Source of the DNA: Octopus vulgaris
Taxonomy: Eukaryota
DNA length: 64,000 nucleotides
Reading direction: 5' to 3'
NCBI GenBank assembly: GCA_951406725.2
Contig: OX597820.1
Location: forward strand, 126,914,001 to 126,978,000
Shown here: piece after piece, positions 13,307 through 27,519 of the stretch
Layout of the letters: each line of letters begins with the position of its first letter
Position numbering within the stretch: the stretch's first letter is position 1
Position numbers and translations under genes: made by a program
The notes under the pieces: model-generated
The model's database searches: none
What the model was told of the DNA's origin: nothing
The model's input: only the letters and a program-made list of their open reading frames with translations

Positions 13307-14087
13307 GAAGGAGCATGGCTCAGTGGTTAGAGCTAACGATCATGAAGTTGTGAGTTCAATTTCCGGACCGGGTTGTGAGTTGTGTTCTTGAGCAAGACAC
13401 TTTATTTCAGTTTGCTCCAGTTCACTCAACCGTAGAGATGAGGTGTGACGTCATTGGTGCCAAGCTCTATAGTCCTTTGCCCTTCCTTTGGATAACATCG
13501 ATGGCGTGGAGAGAGGAGGCTGTTCTGCATGGGCGACTGTTGGTCTTCCATGAACAACTTTTCCTGGACTTGTGCCTCGAAGAGGAACTTTCGGATCTTT
13601 TCGGTTCTGTTTGAACGGCAGTTTTTTCTAGCGGTGTCATATGAAATTGTCACCCATAATTACGACCCTAGAATCGATCTATTGCATTTCAATCTATTTT
13701 AGGCTTAGGGTTAGTTAGGGGTGGGGGAAGGGTATATTTTTTCCTTCACAAATGTAAATAAACCCAATCTATTTCTTAAATGAGGGACATATTCATACGG
13801 CACAGAATGCTTTTTAACTCAATAGATGTCACTGATTGGTTGAAATTGCAGAAACTGAAGAAAAAAAACAACAAATATCTTACAAACTATAGAATTTTCT
13901 CAATAAAGCCAAGAGAAAAAGATGTTTTATAAACACATTCTACCAGTATACGAAGTTTAAAAGTGTTTAGTTACCTAGAAATTATGTTAAAAACTGCTGT
14001 TCAAACCGAAAAGATCCGAACTTTCTAATTGCAATCCCATAGTCTAATTGCAATCCCATGACCGGAGGGAGTCTTTACCCTTTACCC
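13307..14087 (+). mobile_element. SINE family B, interrupted by a MITE at 13593-14017
   Basis: tggctcagtggttagagc A box, gagttcaattt B box; colinear with the copy at 61088-61424 once the insert is removed. Confidence 0.88.
13593..14017 (+). mobile_element. MITE with GG termini, 8-bp TSD and internal telomere-like TTAGGG units (Merlin- or hAT-like), copy 1
   Basis: TIR GGATCTTTTCGGTT..GAACGGCAGTTTTT / AAAAACTGCTGTTCAAACCGAAAAGATCC; perfect TSD gaactttc at 13585-13592 and 14018-14025. Confidence 0.9.
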
Positions 14088-14098
14088 TATTGTATATA

Positions 14099-14765
14099 CT
14101 AGCAAATCTACCCATATACGATGTGGGGGCATAAAATGAGGGGGGGAGTCGTAACAACAGTATGTATTGAGAAATGTGTAAAAGGACTTTGATAGATTAC
14201 TGGGTGATGTCTTAGAGAAATCACATCATTGTTGGTGATGCGGCATTCTATTGCAGCTCTATGACATGTGTTTGCGACTAAGTGATATGTGATGACGATT
14301 CACCCCCGAACTGAAACAGGTTCCCAGGCTCTGTATCATGAATGGACCACTCCTAACGAAAGCCAGAGCTTCCTTCAAACACTACATAAAAAGTATTAAG
14401 AAAAAATTTTATTTAGATATGCTTTTATTTTAGCTGTTTACACTATTTTTAGCTTGTTTTACTTTTATTTTAGTTGTTTACATTTACACTATTTTTCGCT
14501 TGTTTATACTCTTTTACATTCAAAGTTCGCAAATTTTCTTATTTAAATCATGAGTCATATTCCTTTCGATAATATCAATATGATTACAAAACTTCTTTAT
14601 AGGCGATATGTTCTGTTTGGTCGACACCAAGTTTCAAATTACTGGAGTCCGTTGCTTTACTCATAGCGAGGTATAACTGGCCGTGTGTCAACATCGGAGT
14701 GGGTAAAAATACACCTACACGATCTAAAGTCTGGCCCTGTGCCTTGTTTGCTGTGAATGTGCGAG
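14099..14765 (-). mobile_element. Helitron 3' remnant with PIF1-type helicase C-terminus (pseudogene)
   Basis: TANKAQGQTLDRVGVFLPTPMLTHGQLYLAMSK..IAYKEVL matches helicase motifs V-VI and the terminus of Helitron RepHel; downstream hairpin cccatat-acg-atgtggg and CTAG|T end at 14099. Confidence 0.85.
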
Positions 14766-15142
14766 TGGAATCTTTAGGGTTGCAAAAAAAAAAAAACTTA
14801 AACTTGCCTCTCACTGTTCTATGCGAATAACGTCTGGATGTTCTGGTACCATTTGTTACTTTGACAAAGCTGAGATGTAAACAACAGCCGCTTTGATTAG
14901 CCGTTTCGAATCCTGCTCGAGACTGACACACTTCAATAACCACTAAATAATCACACACACTATATACTGGCACTCAGTTTTTAGTTTCGCTATTAACCGT
15001 CCTTGCTACTCCCTTCGTATTTACGATGGGGTCACGAACTTTTACGATGAAAATCAAGAGTTACTCTTGATCGGTGAATTTGTAATAAAAATGCGAACGT
15101 GGTTTATCAATTCAAAAATCGATATCCACGAAATAATCATAC

Positions 15143-15584
15143 TTTGAACGGCAGTTTTTTCTAGCGGTGTCATATGAAATTGTCACCCATAATTATGACC
15201 CTAGTATCGATCTATTACATTTCAATCTATTTTAGGGTTAGGGTTAGAGTTAGGGTTAGTTAGGGTTAGGGTTAGGGTTAGGGTTAGCGGTGGGGGAAGG
15301 GTATCTTTTTTCTTCACAAATGTAAATAAACCCAATCTGTTTCTTAAACGAGGAACATATTCATATGGCACAGAATGTTTTCACCTCAATAGATGTCATT
15401 GATTGGTTGAAATTGCAGAAATTGAAGAAAAAAAACAACAAATATCTTACAAATATATAGAATTTTCTCAATAAAGCCAAGAGAAAAAGATGTTTTATAA
15501 AGACATTCTACCAGTATACGAAGTTTAAAATCTTTTAGTTACCTAGAAATTATGTAAAAACTGCCGTTCAAACCGAAAAGATCC
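15143..15584 (+). mobile_element. TTAGGG-bearing MITE, copy 2 (left TIR truncated)
   Basis: Colinear with copy 1; longer (TTAGGG)n tract at ~15232-15287; right TIR intact. Confidence 0.9.
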
Positions 15585-16204
15585 TGATTTTTTAATGCTA
15601 AAAACCTTCTTGTGTTCAGGAGTTGTGTTCACGGACCCCAATACTATCTACGATCTTTTTGAACGCAATAATTTTAATACAAGCTGCTAGAGTTGGAATT
15701 ACCACGGCTGATGACATCAGATTGGCCTTTCATACTGCTTGAAAATGTTTGTGTTGACTACTGTACAAGACTTAGTCAAAATGAGGTGGTAGATGTTCGT
15801 ATAAATTTTGGAGGACCTCAGAAACTTATTTGGAGTAAAATGCCTGGAACTAAATAACAGATTGTATTTGAGTAGTGTGGTAGTCTTGATCAATGGCACT
15901 TGACACTGTCTCAATTAGTATTGATTCCTTTTGATCAAGTAACCATCGATATGCTTTAAGGAGTGGAAAAACAGGATGTTCTGGTGATGTCTTTTTCAAG
16001 TACATTGGCAATCAATAAAAAGAGAAACAGTTTCTATCGGGGATTTAAAAATGCGTCGCAATTTCAAATTGCCTGAAGTTTGCAATTTTGAAAAATATCA
16101 ATTTACTTTTTTTTTCTTTTATTGAAACAAAAGTTATTTCAAAATTGTTGTTGATTCCCAGGTTTGAGTTTATAACTTCTTAAGTTTCAGGTTTAATTAC
16201 TGAT

Positions 16205-16480
16205 CTTTTATCTTTTACTTGTTTCAGTCAAAAGACTGCAGCCATGCTGGGACACCGCCTTGAAGGGTATTTAGTCGAACGGATTGACCTCATTACTTTT
16301 CTCTAAAGACAGGTACTTATTCTATCGTTCAATTTTGCCGAACCGCCAACTCACAGGGACGTAAACAAACCGGCACCGTTGTCAAGCGGTTGGTGGAGGA
16401 CAAACACTGGCACAAAGATAACACACACACACACAAGCATACGCCGTACTTCTTTCAGCTTCCGACAACTGAGTCCTCCA
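16205..16480 (-). mobile_element. SINE family C (CORE-like), 3' part
   Basis: cttttacttgtttcagtca..gactgcagccatgctggg tail; other copies at ~36960-37140, 42950-43100, 43720-44340, 47905-48310, 48505-48930, 55075-55440, 24000-24110. Confidence 0.75.
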
Positions 16481-17339
16481 AGCAAGCTTCAACGCTCTTC
16501 TTTCATAAAAGCATACATACACACACATACACACCCACATATACATACATATATATACATACATAAATATATACAATCATACATGCACACACAACCTTCA
16601 TCTGATCAACACAAATACACGAATGTTTTGGAAGATCGTCAAAGCAAAAAAGAACAGCTATTCTTTTTATTGTCTAGCTAATTTGTATACTTCAATACCT
16701 CTGTATAAACTCCTGTTTTATCTTACCTTCTTAATCAATTGTATACAATAATAGTTTTTAGTCACAATTGAAAATGGTAACATTTGCATACAATAACGAT
16801 AATATATAATATTAATAATAAACATTTGTATAGGATGAAAATATATATAACAATGATTGTATATTATAACAATGAATGTAACAAGAAATTGTATATAAGA
16901 ACACTGTTTGTACACTTACGTATCGAGAACTCGCTATTATACACCAACACTTTGTTTAATGTTATATTTTTGCTAATCAAAATTAGTTTGCATGGGAGAA
17001 ACGGTAGAGACATCGAAACTTTTGGGGCTGTGCGTAACCATGTTCATTTACAAACTGACTTCAAACCCCTTTGGGGGTTCTGCTTGTTATTCATTCTTGG
17101 AATCAACAAAATAAATACCGTCAAAATGCAGTGTAAATTCAGTCAACAACTAAAAGATTTTTTTCCAACGAATCTATCATTGTACCACACTCGGAAATCA
17201 ATATTTCTCGACAATCAACTAAAATATATGATACGTAATATAACATACTTTCTCTCTTTTTCTTTCCCTCTCTTCACACAGGCACAGACACAGACACAGA
17301 TACACACACACACACACACGTACATATATATATGTACGT

Positions 17340-17391
<52 letters not shown>

Positions 17392-17827
17392 GTATATATG
17401 TATGTATGTAGGTGTGTATATATATATGTGTGTGTATATATGCGTATACGCATACGCACACGCGCTTATATGCACTCAGTACAATGCTTGCATAGAGTGG
17501 TTAAGTTTATTATTATTAGATAAAAGCGGAATGTACAATATGGCTATAATGTTTCGCTTAACTCTTCAGACTGTCATATTAGTATGACACGAAGATGAAA
17601 GGTTAATGTAAGTCTGTTGACATGGTAACTAATTTAAAGTGAAAACAAAATAAAGCAAGCCGATATGAAAGAAGAATGAGTCTTGCGGAAACCAAACAGA
17701 GGAAAGCAAAAGCTAAGCTATAACATCGATAGACTTTATGAACGTTAAGAATGCTCGCGGTGAAATAGTAGAGGAGAGGAGATGCGAAGCGAAAGTAAAA
17801 CGATATGACTCGAACAACACTAGCATA

Positions 17828-17900
17828 CATGTGTGTGCGTACAAGCATGCATGTGTGTGCGTACAAGCATGCATGTGTGTGCGTACAAGCATGCATGTGT
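17828..17900. repeat. 22-bp minisatellite x3 (catgtgtgtgcgtacaagcatg)
   Basis: Three perfect consecutive units read directly. Confidence 0.9.
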
Positions 17901-19241
17901 ATACATGTACATAAAATGCTGTTGCCCGCGGTGTGCAAAGTCGGTCGGTTGTTGATATTTGTATGACTTAACATTTTTACAAATGCTGGTATTAATTCAG
18001 TCTATAGCGTAAAGATCACAAGGATTTGCTTATACTGAGTATACTTTGGTCATAGAAATCGGCACCAGTCCATGACTGGTATTTAGGTACATGATTTATC
18101 GAGCCATGAAGCGTAACTGATCTCGGTACATAACGAAGAGAAACGTAACTGGATATCACAAGAACGTTATCTGATGTCCAATTGACTCTGCCACCTAACA
18201 CCGTTCCCTATATAGGATAATGTCTTTCTTTGAATGCTCAACTGATTGCTGGAGTCGTAGGGATGTCGTGGTGTTTTAGACCTGATAGGAACCCATTGCT
18301 CGCTGTGGTCGAACCACAGCTAAATTCATCTAGAAAAAGACAGAAATAAACAGAAAAAAGAAGTTTAAGAGAAAGATCAACCTCAGTGAAAAGCTGGTAC
18401 ATTATTTATCGATCCTGAAATGATGAAAACTTAAACTGATCTCTGCGCGATTCGAACTCAGAAATCCGGAACAATAACTGCAAGATATCTATCCGAAACT
18501 TTTAACAATTCTGCCAATCGACTGTCTGTTTAATATAGGGACAGAGAGACAAATGTAGAATTTTCTGTTACTATAGAAGCACATCGCCGAAACAACTGAG
18601 CTAACATCATGTAAAATTTGAGGGAGGAGTTAAATAGTAAAGATACGGATACGGACTTGATTAATTGAGAGAAGTTTGTCTGCGCTTATATTATAGCGAT
18701 GTCGTCTTTTCATAACATTTTTCATATCAATTCTGTGATTACACAAACCTGAATGTAATGGAAGAGAGGAAATTTATTATCTGATTTACTGCAAGCCATT
18801 CAACGGTTCTACATCCATTCCTTATTTTCACTTTCTGTTTGTCCTCACACACAAACAAACGCACAAACACATTCATTCATTCATACGTTTTATGCTGACA
18901 TACTGAATAGAACGTGAACCAATTATTACAGTTTTAGGCGTAAAGGAAAAAGTGAGAAGCTACACAAAATTATAAGGATATCTTTTTTTTTTCACCATAC
19001 TAAGTAACAGCCCATATCCTGTGGCCAGTGATACAACTGCACTGTGTGACTGATAAATAACGCATTTTTTTAAGCTTAAATATGTATAAGTTAACCTAAA
19101 TATGTCAAAGGAAATTATATAAACATCTACTTCACAATTACTTCAGAACCAATACAATTCTACACGGTTTACAAGTATAACCTGTATAAAAACTATGACT
19201 GTTTAATTTATAGTTTAACATTGTTTTACCATGTCTTTTGT

Positions 19242-19313
<72 letters not shown>

Positions 19314-19319
19314 TCTCTC

Positions 19320-19780
19320 TCTCGGCCGGGTAGCCATGTACCACCTCTATAGCAAGACACCTGTTTTTGCTTCTTTGTCTCTCTGTCACACTCTAACCTT
19401 TCATCATCTGACACAAGATCACCTCCAATGCCTCCTCTCTCAAAATTCCTTGTCTTGTAAGTTACCTGGTGACCCGGCCGGTGCTCGTGCTGGTGCCACG
19501 TACCTGTAAAAAGCATTTAGTCCACACTGTGAAGTGGTTGGCATTTGGAAGGACACCCAGCTGTAAAAAAAAATCATGTGCTGGTGCCACGTTAAAAGCA
19601 CTCAATCCTCTCTGCGGGGTGTTAGGAAGAGCATCCAGCTGTAAAAACCTTGCCAAAACAGACACAATAACCTGGTGTAGTCTTCTACCTGGCTGCCTCC
19701 TGTTAAACCGTCCAACCCATCAAAGCATTGAGGGCGGACGTTAAATGATGATCATGATGATGATGATCATGGTGATGATT
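19320..19780 (+). mobile_element. SINE/LINE-tail family D with (GAT)n tail
   Basis: Internal duplicated gtgctggtgccacg..aaaagca module; ends aaccgtccaacccat..ggacgttaaatgatgat; same tail at ~810-870. Confidence 0.65.
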
Positions 19781-19818
19781 TTGTGTGTGTGTGTGTGTGT
19801 GTTTGTGTGTGTGTGTGG

Positions 19819-19852
<34 letters not shown>

Positions 19853-19995
19853 GTATTAAGTCGATGACTGGAAAATATGGTATTACACGTAATTTTGTAG
19901 TTACGTTTACACCGTCACTACATGGAACATGTATTTTATGAATAGAAATATTAACATGGATCTATATGAGTTTGTTATATTTCTTTCTCATTTCA

Positions 19996-20530
19996 GCACG
20001 CCGGGCAAGGTGCTTAGTGACATTTCGTCAGTCTCTACGTTCTAAGATCAAATTCCGCTGAGGTTGACTTCACCTTTCATTGTTTCAGGGTTGATAAAAT
20101 AAGTACCAGTTAGGCACTGGGGTTGACTTGGCTCCTTCTCCGAAACGGTCTGGACTTGTACCGAAATTTGGAACTCATACTTCCTTCACAATTAAGGCGG
20201 CGAGATTGCAGAATCGTTATCACGCCGAGCAAAATGCTTAGCGGCATTTCGTCCGTCTTTATGTTTGAGTTCAAATTCCACCTTGGTCGACTTTGTAGTT
20301 CATCCTTTTAGGGTTGATAAAATAAGTACCAGTTGAGCACTGGGGTCGATGTAATCGACTCATTCCCTCCCCCGAAATTGTTGGCCTTGAACTAAAATTT
20401 CTTTCTAATTTAGACATAAGGCCAGCATTTTCGAGAGGAAGGGGCAATCGATTACATCAACCCCAGTAATTGACTGGTACTTTACTTCATCGACCTAAAA
20501 AGGATGACCGTGGCAAGATGTAATTTCATA
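19996..20530. mobile_element. Cluster of three family A SINE fragments (two +, one -)
   Basis: Family A core motifs at ~20060, ~20290 (+) and ~20450-20500 (-). Confidence 0.75.
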
Positions 20531-21168
20531 ACGTAAAGACTTGGAAGAAATAAAAGTAAGTGAAGTTGCATTTTCGAGTCATGCTGACCCATAAGGGCCG
20601 CTTTCCGGGTTTCCATGGCGTAAAAATTCCCCAACCGGGATGTGGCGCCTGTCCATCGCAATATTACTCATTTTTACTAGTTGAGTTCACTGGAGCAACG
20701 CGAAATGAAATGCTTTGCTCAAGAACACAACACGTCACCCGGTCCAGGAATAGAAACCACAATCTTACTGCCATAAGTCCAACACACTAACCACTAAACC
20801 ACGCGCCTCCAGAAGGTGAAGAAATTCCGCTATGCGTTTGGTCCGACGCCCTAACGATTCAGCGCCCTAGCGGTCTTCATGGATTTGTAATATTACAGCG
20901 TATTGCTGGCCTTGTGCCAACATTTGGAACCACTATTAGAACATATTGAATGCAAACCATGCGCATCTCCGTTAGACAAGAATTCGTAAGTAATACATTT
21001 TGCATTTGGAAGAATGCGGTACGTAATAGGTTTTGTACGCTAGAAAAAAAAGAAAGAAAATTAAATTTATATGAAAATGTTTCAATATACAGAATTTTTC
21101 GACAGACAGACCGATAGCATAATCTCTAACACAAACATTAATTAACGAGGGTATTTAATATGTACAAT

Positions 21169-21221
<53 letters not shown>

Positions 21222-21354
21222 CGTAAGATCCAAGGATCAAGCTGTAGGAAGTTAGTGAGCTTCAGGCAGTCCGTAGAAGATATAAGAATCAACTGTCAAG
21301 AACAATAGTAGTTTATTGGCGTAGAAGGTTGTGAAGTTTTCCCGTATCGAAGTA

Positions 21355-21877
21355 CCGTAAATCCTCGAGTATAGTCCGCCCTTGAGTATAATACGCAGGA
21401 GAATTTTAGGGGGCTGTACCTCTGAAAAACCTAAACCTTGTGTATAATACGCACCCCTTCTCTAACTTGAGTCGTGTGTAATTAAGCCAGCAGCACCTAG
21501 TCGAACAAACACTTCCGCGCATGCGTAATACAATAATGGTGATGTTCTTAACTGTTATATGGGAATGTAAATATGTTTGCAAATTGTTTTTGTTACATGT
21601 TATTCTGTGTTCGGAATACTTTTATTTTAATAAATGTTGCTTACTGCAAGATATGGATGATACTTTTATGACTTCATTGCTTTCAGGCTTAGCTTAAGGT
21701 ATTTTCGTGCTCGGCATCACAAAATGCGTCTGAATAAACATTGCCGGACAGCAAATAGAGACTCGGACATTGCTTAGAAAATAGTTTTCAATTTTTAAAC
21801 ACGTATATAGTACGCACTAGGGATTTTGACCTTTAAATTTTGGGGGGAAAGTGTGGGTTATACTCGAGGATTTACGG
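21355..21877 (+). mobile_element. pogo/Tc1-mariner-type MITE (~523 bp), copy 1
   Basis: TA|CCGTAAATCCTCGAGTATA ... TATACTCGAGGATTTACGG|TA; near-identical to 32697-33219. Confidence 0.92.
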
Positions 21878-23139
21878 TATGATAAGCTGTTATGATAAGT
21901 TATTTTATAGTTCACGGTTTGCAACTGGGGTTGCTGCATATGCGAAAAAGTATTCAAAAATTAGGTAATGGAGTAGACAATATCCAAGCTACATATGTTT
22001 CATAGCTAGCGGATCCTCAGAAGTAGTAATTATCCAAATGAGGGGCAGACCGCAAGCTACTCTTCGGGCTAAGGAAATCTTGATTATTAGGAGATCTCGT
22101 GTTAACTGGCAGGGGATTCGATCGAAATATATGCATATATATCATGTATTGATTGTCTTTGTTGAAATTGGTGCACCTATTGGCGTCCTGATGTCAAAGT
22201 GATTGTAGCAACAAATCTTATGCACATATGTATAGATATGTATGTAATTCTGTGTGTGCACGCGCGTGTGCGTGTAGATAACAAACTCACAAATCACCAC
22301 GATTAAGATTATGAAACGAAGAGGAAATAAGCAAACAAATTATACGCGGAGATAATTGTATACGAGCATGCAGTTATACAAAAGCACGTGATTGAAAGAA
22401 AGCAGAGAAGTATAAAGCAAAAATCAACAAAGACGTATCCAATGAAGATAAATATACTAAAGGAAGAAGCAGAAGGGACTTTAACATTTTGGCAGATACA
22501 TTTTATCAGAAAGAAGAAAAAGTATTAAGAGAGGCAAGAGAAAAAGAAAAAAATATACAATACTGAATTTAAGCGCCTGGGGTGGAATAAAAGCTGAGCA
22601 GTGAAATAGAATGACCAGAAGTGGAGTCACAATCGAGGGCAACAGAGAGGTTAAGTGGGTATAAAGGGATGGAGTGTGAGAGACAGAAAAATGTAGGAAG
22701 AGCAAGAATAAGGGAGAATAGGGAAAAGAGTGAAAGGAGGGAAGAATGAAGAGTGACGGAAAAGGCGGAAACTAATGATGGAGAGCAAGGGAGGTAAATG
22801 GGAAGCTAACGATACCGGTGCTTTTGTAAATGCGTGTGTATAGTAAGGTGTAGTTAAATATGCATGGTTTTCATTTCTGTTGAGATTAAATAGTATCTGT
22901 TGTGTGTTTAAGTGTTGTATAAGGGATGTTAAACAGTTATTGAGGAATAACAACATTTAGTGGGTTATGTGTTATGTTCATAATGATCACACAAATATCC
23001 TATTAATTCTCATACATTTTTATTAACCTGGAAAATTTGCATTTACGTACATACGATAGTTGAATAAATAGAACAGCATTCAAGAGATATCGAGGAGAAA
23101 AGTTGCTGAATAGACTATACATATAATTATTGATTTCAA

Positions 23140-23510
23140 AGATTATTCATAATTATTGATTTCAAATTTTGGCACAAGGCCAGCAAGTTCAAGGGTGGTA
23201 CTTATTCTATCGACCCCAAAAAGATGAAGGCAAATTAATCCTCGGTGGAATTCGAACTCAGAACGTGAAGACGGATGAAATGCCGCTAAATATCATAACT
23301 ATTGATTTTAAATTTTGGAACAAAGCCAGTAAGTTCAGGGGAGGGCTTAAGTCGGTTACATCGACCCCAGTGTTTAACTGGTACTTATTTTTATCGAGAC
23401 GAGAGGATGAAAGGCAAAGTCGACCCCAGCGGCATTTGAACGCAGAACGTAAAGATGGACGAAATGCTGCTAAGAATGTTGCCCGCCGTACTAACGATGC
23501 TACCAGTTCA
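23140..23510 (-). mobile_element. Tandem family A SINE fragments
   Basis: Two successive reverse-strand cores (gtacttatt..atcgacc..gatgaaaggcaaa). Confidence 0.7.
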
Positions 23511-24109
23511 TAACCTTCAGACTATGCGTAAATATTGAGAGCAAATTAATTAGAAGGACTGCGAAAGCTGATTGACATCTCAAGTCGTTCTAGGTTGAAC
23601 AAGTATAAAAAATGTGATGTCATCCATTATGGAACTAAATGACATAGCACCATGTAATGGCAGGGTCTGTTCTGTCTGGAAGTTCGAAGTCCAACTTTTA
23701 ATAATGCCCAACGGAGTTTCTAGAAAGTATGACAGGATATTTGATGGGAAGATTCCACCTAAGTTGCACAACAACCGGTCGGATTAACCGAGCCATGTTT
23801 CTCCAGGCGTTAATGCTGTTCAAGACTTTATTATGATAGGGCGTAATCCAGAGGCGGGGAACCTAAACGCAATGGTTCAAAGCTCAGTGATAACTTTGCT
23901 ACAGTGCCAAAGAATCTAAAATATGTGTGACAAGGTGCATAACAGCTTTATTCGCAATGCAATATATGAAGCTAAAAATGTATATGTGTGCGTCACTATG
24001 TGGAAAGACGCTCGCTTGGTGCTAGGTTCATTCCCACTGCGTGGTACCTTAGACAGGTGTCTTCTACATTAGCTTGTGGATTTGGTAGACGGAAAATGAA
24101 ACAAGCCCG

Positions 24110-24144
<35 letters not shown>

Positions 24145-24576
24145 GATATGATATGATATAAAATTATAATATATATATAAAATTTATATATAGATGATAT
24201 ATATAATATATATGATATATTATATATATATAATATAAAATATATATAATTTATATATACATGATATAATATGTATAATAATATATATATATATATATAT
24301 ATAATAGAATATATATAATATATATACGTAATATTTATATAATACAATATATATATCAAAATGATGTGCTATATTACTATTTCACAACCATACCAACAAT
24401 CCAACATACTTCCATCATCAGCTGCTCCACGGATACAGAAGCTACACACATAATAGAAAATAAACCTAGCCTGAATAGAAAACTAGAATGGAGCACTAAC
24501 ACACACCACAACATATGACGATAGAGGATCCCGAAAACATAATAAATACACAGATAAATAAACTAATAGAAATAAA

Positions 24577-24648
<72 letters not shown>

Positions 24649-24747
24649 TAAAACGGTAAGATAACAAAAGAAAGAAAGAGACCTCAATATTATGTAAATA
24701 GAGGAAATTTATCTATACAATAATATTTTAAATTACTCGATAATCAA

Positions 24748-24803
24748 GATAAAACTGAGTTTCAGATGCCGAAGTGGGAATCCACGACATCTCTTCGGTT
24801 ATC
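24748..24803 (-). ncRNA. Type I minimal hammerhead ribozyme motif (CCGAAGA variant) in a TA-embedded element
   Basis: Minus strand: GATAA CCGAAGA GATGTCG..CGGCATC-T GAAAC TCA GTT TTATC; stems I and II pair. Confidence 0.7.
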
Positions 24804-24867
24804 TGTCTATTTGAAAACGCTAGCGTTTATATATTTATATATATTTATATATTTATATATATTTATA

Positions 24868-24962
<95 letters not shown>

Positions 24963-24964
<2 letters not shown>

Positions 24965-25125
24965 GAAGTCGCATGGCTCAGTGGTTAGAGCGTAGAGCTT
25001 ACGATCGTTGTGAGTTCGATTCCCGGACCGGGCTGTGTGTTGTGTTGTGTTCTTGAGCAAGACACTTTATTTCACGTTTCTCCTGTTAACTCAGCTGTAG
25101 AAATGAGTTGCGACATCACTGATGT
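24963..25125 (+). mobile_element. SINE family B, 3'-truncated
   Basis: Colinear with 61088-61240. Confidence 0.85.
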
Positions 25126-25555
25126 TTGTGTAAAGATAAGCTCAATCCCTCCATCAAATCGACATTACCTGTGCAGGTGCAAATGGTGCCACATGTCAGA
25201 TGAGGAAATTATCACAGAGCAATGTGAAATAAAGCACTTTGCTCAAGAACACAACACAACGCCGGGTCTGGAATCGAATCTACACCTTCACACACACACA
25301 CAGAGAGACACACACACAGACACACACACACACATATCACTTTTACATTCATTTCTATAGATTTTCTATAGAATTCAGAGCCAGTTCTGCAAGTTCTTTG
25401 CAATGCTGTCTTTGAAATCTATGGAAAATCCATAGAGACAACCTTAAAAGTAAGACTATGGCCCTGCGAACACAGGGTAACACGCAATATTGGCTTTGTT
25501 AATCTGTAATATACTTGGTAGTATATAATGTTTGCAACACGAAATAATTTCCTTG

Positions 25556-25586
<31 letters not shown>

Positions 25587-25587
25587 G

Positions 25588-25677
<90 letters not shown>

Positions 25678-25770
25678 CAAATGAATATGGTACTTAAGTC
25701 AGAGGCACCAGAATTCTGTATGGTATTATATGGATAATACTCTCTATATATATATGCACAACACACACAC

Positions 25771-25825
<55 letters not shown>

Positions 25826-25992
25826 GAAGTTAAAAGTTATGACGGATCACAGAGCGACCATTGGTTGTGCACCTATAAAGCGCTTAACAGTATAGGCGAC
25901 TCCTGGCCATAACTTTCAACTGCCTAAAAAGTATACTTTATTGCTCTAATACTTTAGAGTGTACTTCTTTTTCGGATATACGAACTACTGAC

Positions 25993-26298
<306 letters not shown>

Positions 26299-26416
26299 TT
26301 GGAATACACTGAGATTCGTTTAGTTTTTATTACGGTTTTAAAGACTTAACCGGCTTCACAGAGTTCTCTGATTTTCAAAAGTTGAAATAGAAAGACGTGG
26401 AGCTATACACACACAA

Positions 26417-26472
<56 letters not shown>

Positions 26473-26519
26473 CGTGTGCGTGTGTGTGTCTGTGTATGTG
26501 CATGTGCTCGCGCGCGCGT

Positions 26520-27012
26520 CATTCAGTTTTATTTCAAGATTTCTTGCCAATAGAGAAAGAGCCGGTTTCTAACATAGATCCAAGGCTCCTTCATTGGAAT
26601 TTGAACATCAACAACAGGGTATATATACTTGTTTGTGTATATGCATCTATGTATGTATTTGTGCAGATTTGTATGTTTTGTTTTATGTATGTATATAATT
26701 GCATATCTAGACATACTCATATATATATTTAAATAATAAACTTCTGGAAATTAATACAGATTTTTATAATTCTAGTGATGGATTGGATCTGTAGTCTTCG
26801 AATTAGCCTTCTTTCTAGTTTGAGAAGCCTAATTTCTCAAGATTGGTATTTAGGCAGTGTGTTATATATCCCGGGGCCCCAATAATTACAGGTATAAACC
26901 TGAACTTGTAAACTGAATAGAGTAACTGCAGATTTCTCAATAGTTCAGCGTAGATATTCTCTTCTTCTGTTCTTCGGCTTTAGGTTAACATCGGCTGAGC
27001 AGCTAAATTCCT
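26520..27012 (-). mobile_element. 3' end of a restriction-like-endonuclease non-LTR retrotransposon (R4/Dong-like)
   Basis: Minus translation ENIYAELLRNLQLLYSVYKFRFIPVIIGAPGYI resembles the K..KY..L ... P(V/I)(V/I)IG(A)LG RLE C-terminus; 3' UTR shared with 36140-36535 and 59210-59750. Confidence 0.7.
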
Positions 27013-27116
27013 CAACTGTGCACAGTTTCTCTTTTCGTATGTATACAGTGCACTGCCAGCCTGGGAATCGAACCCACGATCGCTAGATCGTGAGTGCAAC
27101 AACCCACACACACACA

Positions 27117-27161
<45 letters not shown>

Positions 27162-27460
27162 CTGGATGGATGACCTGGAGTTAAACAACAAAAGCAGAAA
27201 ATAACTCAACAACAAATAATACATCAAACATTACATGAAGGTCTCTTCCAATATGTGACTTAGTTACAAAGCCATAATAATTACACAATGAGAAGAGACA
27301 AAGAGAACTGTGTAAGGTTCATATCTTTCTGTAGAACATTTACGACAAGACTTATACACGCCCTGATACCGTCGGTATCTACATATCAATTTTGAGCGCA
27401 ATCGGATGGAGGATGCCCAAGATCTGAGAAGACACACACACACACAAACACACAGAACGG

Positions 27461-27519
<59 letters not shown>

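Noticed and set aside
14584-14973. Host PIF1 helicase exon
   Set aside because: The YKEVL-type terminus and adjacent hairpin/CTAG end identify it as Helitron-derived.
15232-15287. True telomere or chromosome-fusion scar
   Set aside because: The TTAGGG units are internal to a repeated MITE with TIRs.
17542-17572. Minus-strand CTGAAGA-GTTAAGC-GAAAC motif
   Set aside because: Stems I and III pair poorly and the cleavage triplet is altered; not counted.
16784-17587. Longest ORF (267 aa) and similar [16 protein letters not shown] ORFs
   Set aside because: They are open only because they cross stop-free microsatellites; no domain-like composition.
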